Origin: an uncultured Chloroflexota bacterium
GTDB taxonomy: Bacteria; Chloroflexota; UBA11872
Assembly: GCA_964522375.1 (NCBI GenBank)
Contig: CAZFVB010000002.1
Location: forward strand, 3,752 to 67,751
Direction: 5' to 3'
DNA length: 64,000 bases
The notes below the pieces were generated by a model. It was not told the origin of the DNA, did no database searches, and worked only from the letters and a program-made list of their open reading frames with translations. Both the position numbers and the translations under genes were made by a program. Of this stretch, positions 18,665 to 29,343 are shown piece after piece. Each line of letters begins with the position of its first letter. Within the stretch, counting starts at the first letter, position 1.

Positions 18665-20245
18665 TCAGTTGTCAACGAAGCCCGCCACTAGCTCAAGAAG
18701 ACGCACACGGAACGCTTCAGCGCTGAACTTCCTGCTCGATATACGCGCCCGGGCGGCCATCGAGCTGCACAGCTCCGGATCACGAATTAATTGCCACGTA
18801 CGCTCACGCAGATTCTCTGCCTTAGACCAAACAAAGCCATCATGACTATCGGTCACTAGTTCTGGCAGTCCCCCTTGATCTAACACAACAGGTACCGCCG
18901 AACTCGCCATCGCCTCAACAACTGAAATCCCAAAATGCTCGAATCGGACTGGATTTCGATCCGGTCGCTCCCCATACCCCGCAGCATGCCAGTAAATCTG
19001 AGCGTCACCGTACATCTCGCGAAGCTTATCGAAAGGCACATCTACCGCAAATTCGATGGGATAACCCTCAGCCCGCCGCCTCAACTCTTCTGTGTACGCA
19101 ACGTCAATCTCTCGACCACTTTGATGTCCGGCAAGACAAAGTGTCCAACCATCTAGGCCTTCGCGACACATACGCTTGAACTGATCAATCATTACTCCAT
19201 GCTTTTTTTCATGCGTCCCTCGATAAAACCTTCCCACCGTCAGAATTGTGTGTGTCTTGGCTCGAGTCAGCGCCCAACTGATGTCAACGGGTGGATACAG
19301 GATCGGCCCGCTTATCCCCCAGTACATTTCCATCCAATGACGACTGTATTTCGAAATCGGACTAATCACGTCATACGTATCAAGATGATCAAGAGAATAA
19401 AACGTAGGCAGGCCTTCAAGCCGGAGCCCAAGCTCACGAAACGCCTTTCGGAAAACGATTTCATATAAATAATGGCGAAAATGTCGAACCCGTACGTCGG
19501 TGACAGCCAGGCCTACCTCCCGATTGTCAGCTCCCTCAAACCGATCGATGGGATTAAACGTTGGCGATTCAAGAACTAACTCGACGGTGTTCCCGTGCAT
19601 ACAACTCGGATCGATATCGATCTGCCAAGTTTCAAAACAGCCAGGATTAGGAGGGAAGGTGCGTTCAGCAATAACCTCACCATCAACGAGACATCGGACC
19701 GGAAGTTCCACATCCTCTCGAAAGTTTCCTCCAACGATCTCAATGGAGGCAGTTCGAGTAGCCGAAGGGACTCGAACCCTGATATTCGCTTGCCTAGTGG
19801 CGTAGCGAAACCACCCGGAACCAAGTTCCTGAACGTCGTAAAACCCATCCAACCATTCGGGCAACAGGAGTTCACGCGTAAGGAATCGACCGACAGCCTG
19901 CCGCATCCTTGCCCCTCGACTTCGATCGATTGGGGAAGGGAATAGAACCAGCATCATGCTGTGAGCCGCTTCTGAAGGCTGGTTCGTCATAAAAGAGGAA
20001 TTGACAAATAGATCAAACTCGCGCGTAAACGCCGCAAACCGATTCGGTGGCAGTGCAGGAATGACTCGCACCGTCACGTTACTCAGATCAATATTTAAGG
20101 CATCGGAAAGTTCTTCGCAGGAAATAGGTCGATGAGTCACCAGTTCAGTTTCGAACCGCTCTGAGAGAACCTGCGCGGCCATAGCAGAATGTCTTTCCCC
20201 TCCACCTTTTTGATGGAGCCAACGGTTGTACACCGCCGCTTTCAC
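18665..20245 (-). CDS. GT4-type glycosyltransferase with an extra ~300-aa N-terminal domain of unknown function
   Basis: C-terminal FEHFGISVVEAMASSAVPVV (E-x7-E) and a GT-B C-lobe. The N-terminal half has no recognisable motif. Confidence 0.7.
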   Translation of the reverse strand: MKAAVYNRWLHQKGGGERHSAMAAQVLSERFETELVTHRPISCEELSDALNIDLSNVTVRVIPALPPNRFAAFTREFDLFVNSSFMTNQPSEAAHSMMLVLFPSPIDRSRGARMRQAVGRFLTRELLLPEWLDGFYDVQELGSGWFRYATRQANIRVRVPSATRTASIEIVGGNFREDVELPVRCLVDGEVIAERTFPPNPGCFETWQIDIDPSCMHGNTVELVLESPTFNPIDRFEGADNREVGLAVTDVRVRHFRHYLYEIVFRKAFRELGLRLEGLPTFYSLDHLDTYDVISPISKYSRHWMEMYWGISGPILYPPVDISWALTRAKTHTILTVGRFYRGTHEKKHGVMIDQFKRMCREGLDGWTLCLAGHQSGREIDVAYTEELRRRAEGYPIEFAVDVPFDKLREMYGDAQIYWHAAGYGERPDRNPVRFEHFGISVVEAMASSAVPVVLDQGGLPELVTDSHDGFVWSKAENLRERTWQLIRDPELCSSMAARARISSRKFSAEAFRVRLLELVAGFVDN

Positions 20246-21603
20246 TGCGGCTCCAAAAAAGGATTGAGCTCCCGTCCGTCTAACGGAGCATGACGCCCTT
20301 CATTCACTCGTAGTTGGAACGTTCGAGGAGCAGCCGTTACGACTTGCAGCAGAGCCCGTACACGGGATATCGAGAGAGCTATCGACGTCCCGTCCAGCTG
20401 AAAGATTCCGACTCGTGCATCATTCCAAGCGTACTTCGTGGCTGCGGCCATATGACGAAAAGTCCACAGGACCGGGGCATTCTTGGTAAGCATACGAAGT
20501 TTTCCAAACTCAACGTTTCGGGTAAAACCTGGCGACCATTCTTTGCTAAATGCGGCATGTTCATGACGCACAACCGAGGCTGGCTCGTAGCAAAAGATCC
20601 ATCCGCGCCTACGAGCCCGCCATGCAAGATCCGCGTCCTCGTAATACATAAAAATCCCATCGTCTAGATAATCCAGCTCGTCCAACATGTCCCGGCGATA
20701 CAGCACAGCTGCACCTTTTGGAGCAAAAATTTCACGCCGGTCGTCGAACGCCGAACTATCCCAAGCTGACCACGGGACTCCTTGCAGAACACGAGTACCT
20801 CGATCACGCATCGAACCATCAGGTAAAGGCACAATCCCAGCACTCTCGATCGCCGGCCGCGCCATCGTCGAAACAACATCGTCCTTGAACGGAATCTCAT
20901 TTGTTGTCCGCCCTGGATTCAACTCAATGCGTCCAAGCTCACAACTTCCAACAAGAACTTTGACAGGCACCCCGTGACGACCATCCCCCGCAGCCAATTC
21001 CAACTTCATAAGAGTGGAACCTTCAACCACCGGCAGTGAGAAATCCACACAACTCATTGACCAACGAAACGCACGTCCACCACCGTCCTGTTCCACACCA
21101 TACGCGCCATTCGTAACATCGGCCCGACCGACATCTGATCTAAGACCATATATCCGAACCCCAAGTCTTCGAGCATCCGAACCAGAAGGAACAAACTCGG
21201 GAACCTCAAGGCGGATCGGCAACCGGTCGTGAAGGTGAAGAATTTTTGGCGCAACACCTCCGACTGATGAATCTTCAGTTAATCGGTCAACAAGAGGCTT
21301 TAACCAGTCAGGGTCAACAATGGTGTCCGGATTTAATAGGCCAACATATGGCTCAGTAGCCATTCGTAATGCCTGATTGTTGCCTCGAGAGAATCCGACA
21401 TTTTCACCATTCGCAATTACTTCAACCGACGGGAATTCCTGACGTACTCGATCAACAGAATCGTCTGTCGAAGCGTTGTCTACGACTGTTACACGAAGAT
21501 CTGGATATTTGGTTTCGGCAAGACTTTTCAAACACCCTTCAATTCGACCAGCGCCGTTATAGTTCAGAACGACAACACGAACAGGGGGAAGTTTTTGAGT
21601 CAT
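20242..21603 (-). CDS. Glycosyltransferase family 2 (GT-A) with C-terminal extension
   Basis: VRVVVLNYNGAGRIEGCLKSL...VVDNASTDDS (DxD-containing GT2 N-terminus); 453 aa. Confidence 0.85.
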   Translation of the reverse strand: MTQKLPPVRVVVLNYNGAGRIEGCLKSLAETKYPDLRVTVVDNASTDDSVDRVRQEFPSVEVIANGENVGFSRGNNQALRMATEPYVGLLNPDTIVDPDWLKPLVDRLTEDSSVGGVAPKILHLHDRLPIRLEVPEFVPSGSDARRLGVRIYGLRSDVGRADVTNGAYGVEQDGGGRAFRWSMSCVDFSLPVVEGSTLMKLELAAGDGRHGVPVKVLVGSCELGRIELNPGRTTNEIPFKDDVVSTMARPAIESAGIVPLPDGSMRDRGTRVLQGVPWSAWDSSAFDDRREIFAPKGAAVLYRRDMLDELDYLDDGIFMYYEDADLAWRARRRGWIFCYEPASVVRHEHAAFSKEWSPGFTRNVEFGKLRMLTKNAPVLWTFRHMAAATKYAWNDARVGIFQLDGTSIALSISRVRALLQVVTAAPRTFQLRVNEGRHAPLDGRELNPFLEPQ

Positions 21604-23306
21604 TCCACCCGAATAGAACGCACGGCAAGCCCCAGCGGCCGAGTGTCAGAATCAAGACCAATTTCGGCTGGGACGAGCGGATCTTCGACTTCTATTACAA
21701 GCTCATGCGTCTCAGGACTTATAACAGGGTCAAGTGGAATAACGATGTCTTCAAAATCCATCCCGTGTACAGGAACTGTGGCGATATGACGACCGTTTAC
21801 GGTCACCGACGCCCGCGTGGTTCCTCGTCCATGCAACGGACGACACGCGGATAGCACCAATGCCCCTTGGCCAACGTCCTGTCTAACGTAGGCAACAGCG
21901 CGTGGCGCCGTCCAACGAATGTGTGGAGGCCAGTCTTCAGCCGGAAACCAGCCTTCACCGAGCCATTCATCATCCCGAGAACCCATAATCAACTCTTCAG
22001 GTGGCAGAGTCCAAAAAGGACCAGCAGCCTCGGTAATCATGTCGGGCTGTACTATTGGCTCGCCGGCGAGCTGAAGTTCGTCTTCGACAGCGGCCGTCGA
22101 TACCCGCCATCTTGCAGGAATCACCGTCACACCACGTAATCCAACAGCTGCTTTGCCCACGAAAAAAGTCATAGCATTTGGCCAAATGTGAAATGGGCGC
22201 ATCCTGTCGGCCGATGGCCACGCCCCAATCGAAACCATATAGGTTCCAGGGCCAAGCGGGAGTGGGCCAAGTTCACACTCCACTCGAGTTCTACCGGGTT
22301 GGAGATCTGTCGGACCAATGGTTGTCGCTGTCGAAGTTTCGTGAATCAGCAGCCCATCGCTTCGTCGAACAGCAAAGCCAACAACAACGTCCTCGAAATA
22401 ACCGCTGGAATCCAACTCGAGTTCAAGCCTGGAAATATTTCCCGGCAAATAAGCGTAGCGTTCAGAACCCGTGTCCACATCACGAGCAAGCGCCGCTCGA
22501 ATCTGGACTTCACCCGTACCGAGTTCAGTTAATTCATTTCTTGCAACCTGACTCGCGACATGGCCAGAACCGCGCATATGCGCGAGATAATCTTGAATGA
22601 CCTCACGTGGATTCCCCTCAGCACGGACCTTGCCAGCATCAACCCACACGACACGGTCACAAAATCGTCGGACTTGAATTGGATCGTGTGAAACAAACAC
22701 GATTGTTTTTCCGCGCTGCTTGATCTCAGCAAGAGCGTCGTAACACTTAGCGGTGAACCGCGCATCGCCAACAGCAAGAACTTCGTCAATTAAGAGAATG
22801 TCTGGATCCAAGCTGATGGCAATTGCGAATCCCAATCGCATGAACATTCCCGACGAATAGTGGCGAACAGGTGTGTCAATAAATCGCTCAAGTTCAGCAA
22901 ACTCAACAATGTCCTTATAGCGCCGTCGCATTTCGGCCCGCCCAATCCCAAGAAACGAGCCATTAAGGAAGATATTCTCCCGCCCTGTCAGGTCGGGATG
23001 CATCCCAGCACCTAGCTCAAGAAGACCAAAAACCTTTCCATCCAACCTAATTTTCCCTGAGGTCGGGGAAATAGTGCCGGCCAACAGCTTTAGGATTGTG
23101 GTCTTTCCGGACCCGTTCGGCCCAATAATCCCAACCGTTTCGCCTTCTTTCACCGCTAAGTCCACCCGATCGAGGGCCCAAAACTCCTCGTGCTCAATCT
23201 GGCGCCGACCAAGTAGCGCTAACGCCATCCCCTGCCATGTACGAGACGATTCATGCCGAATAGAAAATCTCTTACGTACTTCTTCTAAAACGATTACGTT
23301 CGACAC
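21600..23306 (-). CDS. Wzt/TagH-type polysaccharide-export ABC transporter ATP-binding protein with a C-terminal ~320-aa carbohydrate-binding-like domain
   Basis: Walker A GPNGSGKTT, signature YSSGMFMRLGFA, Walker B LLIDEVLAVGD, H-loop FVSHD; the long C-terminal extension follows. Confidence 0.85.
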   Translation of the reverse strand: MSNVIVLEEVRKRFSIRHESSRTWQGMALALLGRRQIEHEEFWALDRVDLAVKEGETVGIIGPNGSGKTTILKLLAGTISPTSGKIRLDGKVFGLLELGAGMHPDLTGRENIFLNGSFLGIGRAEMRRRYKDIVEFAELERFIDTPVRHYSSGMFMRLGFAIAISLDPDILLIDEVLAVGDARFTAKCYDALAEIKQRGKTIVFVSHDPIQVRRFCDRVVWVDAGKVRAEGNPREVIQDYLAHMRGSGHVASQVARNELTELGTGEVQIRAALARDVDTGSERYAYLPGNISRLELELDSSGYFEDVVVGFAVRRSDGLLIHETSTATTIGPTDLQPGRTRVECELGPLPLGPGTYMVSIGAWPSADRMRPFHIWPNAMTFFVGKAAVGLRGVTVIPARWRVSTAAVEDELQLAGEPIVQPDMITEAAGPFWTLPPEELIMGSRDDEWLGEGWFPAEDWPPHIRWTAPRAVAYVRQDVGQGALVLSACRPLHGRGTTRASVTVNGRHIATVPVHGMDFEDIVIPLDPVISPETHELVIEVEDPLVPAEIGLDSDTRPLGLAVRSIRVE

Positions 23307-24149
23307 CTAGAGTTCTTCCGCAAATCGATTGGATAAGCGCCGGAAGATTGACCATCCCAAACCGAGTAAAACAACCGCACCGACTACGGTGATCAGGGTA
23401 TGGCGAATTGGCAGAAAACCCCACATAAAGGCGTATCGGTAATCCGTAACCAATGTCGCCATTGGGTTAAGAATGAACACCCAGCGATGAACATCCAGGC
23501 CTAAAACCGTGCTGTTCGGAACAATTGACATGGCATAAAAGATCGGAGTCAGGAAGAACCAAGCCAAAAGACCAACTTCTACGATGTGCTCTGTGTCGCG
23601 AAAATAAACATTGATCGCAGCAAGAAGCAACCCAAGTCCCAACACAAACACCAGATGCAACAGCATGATGGCCGGCAAAAACACCATGGCTCCTGTTACA
23701 CCTACCCCAAACGGAATAGCAACCAACCAAAAAACACCGTAAGCCAGAAGGAAGTTCACAAAGCTCGCCAGGATTGCGCTCAAAGGTAGAAGCTCACGAG
23801 GGAAATACACCTTTTTAATTAACTGGGCGTTGGACGTAATGCTTCGCATAGCAGAGGTGAGAGCTTGCTGGGTAAACAGCCATGGAACTAGCGCAGCTAG
23901 TAGAAAAAATGGGTATCGCTCAATAGGATCCGTCTTCGCCAACACCTGAAAAACAAGCGTAAAGACCGCCATCATCAGAAGTGGATTAAGCAATGACCAG
24001 CCGAACCCAAGCACCGAACCTCGATAGCGAACCTTGAGGTCTCGAACCACCAAGTTTCGTAACAGATCACTGTAACTACTCAGTTCGCGAATGGACCTCA
24101 AAAATCTTCGGGCAGCGTAAGCACGCCCTTTAACAGCATTAGCAGCCAT
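23307..24149 (-). CDS. Wzm/TagG-type ABC-2 family permease
   Basis: 280 aa, 6 TM helices, ABC-2 topology; it directly abuts the Wzt start with no gap. Confidence 0.75.
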   Translation of the reverse strand: MAANAVKGRAYAARRFLRSIRELSSYSDLLRNLVVRDLKVRYRGSVLGFGWSLLNPLLMMAVFTLVFQVLAKTDPIERYPFFLLAALVPWLFTQQALTSAMRSITSNAQLIKKVYFPRELLPLSAILASFVNFLLAYGVFWLVAIPFGVGVTGAMVFLPAIMLLHLVFVLGLGLLLAAINVYFRDTEHIVEVGLLAWFFLTPIFYAMSIVPNSTVLGLDVHRWVFILNPMATLVTDYRYAFMWGFLPIRHTLITVVGAVVLLGLGWSIFRRLSNRFAEEL

Positions 24150-24282
24150 GTATAGCCCCAGCTAGGGACCCAGAGATATTAGCGCAGCGAACAGGAAATC
24201 CGACGTATTGACCTCGCGTGTTACGCTAAATTGCATTACGGTCCCGATGAGAGTCGGGAGCCCCTTGGAGCTCCGTTCGCGC

Positions 24283-26587
<2,305 letters not shown>

Positions 26588-26654
26588 CCAGCCTGGATTC
26601 GATCCACGTGACTTCAACTCCCATCCCCACAACTATTCAACAGTTGAATCGCGT

Positions 26655-27950
26655 ATGAGCACTGTAGCCATACTCGGCGCCCAATGGGGCGATGAAGGCA
26701 AAGGCAAAGTCGTTGATCGATTTGCTCAACAAGCTGAAATGGTCATCCGTTTTCAAGGAGGAAACAACGCGGGTCATACTGTCATCAACGATCGCGGTAC
26801 GTTCGCACTACACCTCATCCCTTCAGGAATATTCAATCCGTCCGTAGACAACATTCTCGGGCCAGGCACAGTAGTAAACCCCCCTTCCCTCATCGAAGAA
26901 ATGACAGAACTTCGAAGTTCGAATGATCTTTCGTTTGATCGGTTCTGGATCGCCGAACGTGCCCACGTAGTCATGCCGTACCACATTGCGCTCGATGCAG
27001 CAGAAGAAGCCCAGCGAGGTGAGTTGGCCCAGGGCACAACCCTCAGAGGTATAGGGCCTGCATACGCCGATAAATCAGCGCGCTCAGGAATCCGTATTGG
27101 CGATCTTCTAGATGCGGATCATTTGCAAACGTGGCTGCCCGCTGTGCTTGAGCCCAAGAATCGTCTACTAGAGCATGGATACGGCGTTACACCACACGAT
27201 CCCCAAGCCTTAATTGACCAAGCACTTGCCTGGGGCGAACAACTTGCACCCCACATTGTTGACACGCTACCCATCGTAGATCGGGCTCTCTCGAATGGCC
27301 TCCGGATACTCCTCGAAGGACAACTCGGTGTAATGCGAGATCTTGACTGGGGCCACTATCCTTATGTGACTTCTTCCAGCCCGTCGGCAGCAGGTGCATG
27401 TGCTGGCGCCGGTATAGCTCCCCGATCGCTGGATCAAGTCTGGGGCGTCGCAAAAGCATTCACATCGTCAGTTGGAGAAGGACCGTTCCCCACCGAGATA
27501 CACGGCGCAACCGCGGATCATCTTCGGGAAATCGGCGGTGGCGAATATGGAGCCTCGACAGGACGACCACGTCGATGTGGATGGTTTGACGCGGTCGCCG
27601 TCAGAACAGCAGCCTGCCTGAGTGGAATTGATCGTCTGGCATTAACAAAAATCGACTGTCTTGACGCATTGGATGTTATTAAGGTTGCCGTCGCATACAA
27701 GATAGACGGCTCACGTGTGGAACTAGCACCTGACACACGTCAACTCGAAAAAGCCGAGCCAATTTACGAGGAATTCCCCGGATGGAAGACATCCACAGCC
27801 GGAACCACAAGATTGGAAGATCTTCCACCCAACGCTCAGAGTTATATCAAGTCGATAAGTGAGATCACCGATGTACCAATTGGCCTACTGGGAACAGGCC
27901 AACATCGTAACGATGCAATCGTTCTTGAACACCCTTTTTCCACACCTTAA
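26655..27950 (+). CDS. purA: Adenylosuccinate synthetase
   Basis: MSTVAILGAQWGDEGKGKVVD P-loop and GGNNAGHTV motif; start is the ATG at 26655. Confidence 0.95.
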   Translation: MSTVAILGAQWGDEGKGKVVDRFAQQAEMVIRFQGGNNAGHTVINDRGTFALHLIPSGIFNPSVDNILGPGTVVNPPSLIEEMTELRSSNDLSFDRFWIAERAHVVMPYHIALDAAEEAQRGELAQGTTLRGIGPAYADKSARSGIRIGDLLDADHLQTWLPAVLEPKNRLLEHGYGVTPHDPQALIDQALAWGEQLAPHIVDTLPIVDRALSNGLRILLEGQLGVMRDLDWGHYPYVTSSSPSAAGACAGAGIAPRSLDQVWGVAKAFTSSVGEGPFPTEIHGATADHLREIGGGEYGASTGRPRRCGWFDAVAVRTAACLSGIDRLALTKIDCLDALDVIKVAVAYKIDGSRVELAPDTRQLEKAEPIYEEFPGWKTSTAGTTRLEDLPPNAQSYIKSISEITDVPIGLLGTGQHRNDAIVLEHPFSTP

Positions 27951-28097
27951 CCTGCACTCCACAGATCAAGAACTATGGCGGTCCGACCAGACAGATATGA
28001 AGCCCGTCCGCGGCCTTTTGCCTAGCCAAAACACAAAATCAACGTCAGTGCCCAACAAAACATAGAGCGTCCAGTACTCTACGTCGGAGAAATCGCA

Positions 28098-28586
28098 ATG
28101 ACCGGAACAAACAATATGACGCCTATTTCATTAGGAGTGCAAGCACCAGAGTTTGAGCTTGCGTCAACCAATGGCGGAACGTTCGTCCTGAGTTCAGAAC
28201 GCGGAAAATCAAACTTGGTCATTTTTTTTCTTAATTCGACCACCGGGGGAACAGATACCCAGATCGCAGAATCGTTTCGAGACGCGTCGGAGTTGTTTCG
28301 TGGGGCACGAACCACAATCGCAGGAATATGCTCGGCACCACTCGACGAGCTACAAGCATTAAAAGAAAAGCTATCCCTTCCGTACGAACTCCTGAGCGAC
28401 GACGAAACGACTGGCCTCATATACGGAGTGCACGTACGACACGGATTTGGCCCTTTTTCACGTCAAAAGTTTTCTCGAAGCACGTTTCTCCTTGATCGAA
28501 CAGGAGTAATTCGACGAATCTTCCGGGATTTGGACGTGAAAGATCACATCAATGAAGTACTGGCATCACTCGATACTGACCTGTAA
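28098..28586 (+). CDS. AhpC/TSA (Bcp-like) thioredoxin-fold protein lacking the peroxidatic cysteine
   Basis: Alkyl-hydroperoxide-reductase-like fold signature (VIFFLNSTTGGTDTQ replaces F-P-x-D-x-T-P-G-C-T). GGAGAAA RBS 5 nt upstream of the ATG. Confidence 0.55.
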   Translation: MTGTNNMTPISLGVQAPEFELASTNGGTFVLSSERGKSNLVIFFLNSTTGGTDTQIAESFRDASELFRGARTTIAGICSAPLDELQALKEKLSLPYELLSDDETTGLIYGVHVRHGFGPFSRQKFSRSTFLLDRTGVIRRIFRDLDVKDHINEVLASLDTDL

Positions 28587-28605
28587 ATACCGTTAGTTTC
28601 ACCGG

Positions 28606-28636
28606 TTTCTCAGATATGCCAATAACCCTATATAAT
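28606..28636 (+). promoter_or_regulatory. Putative sigma-A-type promoter of the pyr operon
   Basis: TTCTCA at 28608-13, 17-bp spacer, then TATAAT at 28631-36 (extended tatataat). It lies ~10 nt upstream of the PyrR-binding leader. Confidence 0.45.
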
Positions 28637-28642
28637 CATCTG

Positions 28643-28745
28643 GCCTTTAATCCGACCCGGCGAGGCGGAAAGGCATAGCGCTGAGATCAATTCATCCCCT
28701 CTCGGCGGACTAAAGGCCTTCGGGCCTTTTTTTTTTGCCCAAGAG
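28643..28745 (+). promoter_or_regulatory. PyrR-binding RNA attenuator (binding loop / anti-antiterminator plus intrinsic terminator) in the pyr operon leader
   Basis: UUUAAUCCGACCCGGCGAGGCGGAAAGGC resembles the PyrR binding-loop consensus (UCC-GAGAGGCU). It is followed by the GGCC-UUCG-GGCC hairpin and a U10 run, immediately upstream of pyrR. Confidence 0.7.
28712..28736 (+). terminator. Intrinsic (rho-independent) terminator hairpin of the pyr attenuator
   Basis: AAAGGCC-TTCG-GGCCTTT stem-loop at 28712-28729 followed by T10 (28727-28736). Confidence 0.8.
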
Positions 28746-28761
28746 ATTCGTGGGAGGCTGT

Positions 28762-29343
28762 GTGAAGTCGAACGCCGACGGCGAGCGGTTGGTGATGTCG
28801 GCTGACGATTTGCGTCGTGCCCTTACACGTATTGCGCACGAAATTGTCGAGAGAAATCGTGGCCCTGCAAATCTAGTCTTTGTAGGCGTGCCTAGACCAG
28901 GGCCAGTTCTTGCAAAACGACTGGCACACGTCGTTGCCGAATTCGAGAAAGATCCCATTCCAACTGGATCAATCGACATTTCGCTCCACCGGGATGATCT
29001 CAAGCAACGGAGCACTACCCCAGCGATTTACCCTACCGAGATCCCAGAGGACGTTACTGGTCGGGACGTAGTACTCGTTGATGATGTCCTCTACACCGGA
29101 AGATCGGCACGGGCAGCACTAGACGCGCTCACAGACTTTGGCCGACCAAAATCAATCCAACTTGCCGTCGTGGTTGATCGTGGCCACCGCGAGCTACCAA
29201 TTAGAGCCGATTATGTAGGCAAGAACGTACCCACAGCAGCAGCAGAGAGCGTTCACGTGCACCTTGTTGAATTGGACGGTGAAGACTGTGTCCGAGTCAT
29301 CAACGACGGTGAGAAGCAGGAAAGCCATGCCGCTGCACCGTAG
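28762..29343 (+). CDS. pyrR: Bifunctional pyrimidine operon regulatory protein / uracil phosphoribosyltransferase PyrR
   Basis: DLRRALTRIAHEIVERNRG and the PRPP-binding VVLVDDVLYTGRS motif. GTG start at 28762 has GGGAGG 4 nt upstream; alternative starts are the ATG at 28795 and the ORF-track 28735. Confidence 0.85.
   Translation: MKSNADGERLVMSADDLRRALTRIAHEIVERNRGPANLVFVGVPRPGPVLAKRLAHVVAEFEKDPIPTGSIDISLHRDDLKQRSTTPAIYPTEIPEDVTGRDVVLVDDVLYTGRSARAALDALTDFGRPKSIQLAVVVDRGHRELPIRADYVGKNVPTAAAESVHVHLVELDGEDCVRVINDGEKQESHAAAP

Noticed and set aside
24150-24282. Possible divergent promoters (TTGACC at ~24209) between wzm and the MBL-like gene
   Set aside because: The -10 candidates are weak and several spacings are possible, so a specific promoter cannot be placed with confidence.
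28727-28740. T10 homopolymer, a possible simple repeat or phase-variation tract
   Set aside because: It directly follows a GC-rich hairpin in the pyrR leader. It is better explained as the U-tract of the attenuator terminator.
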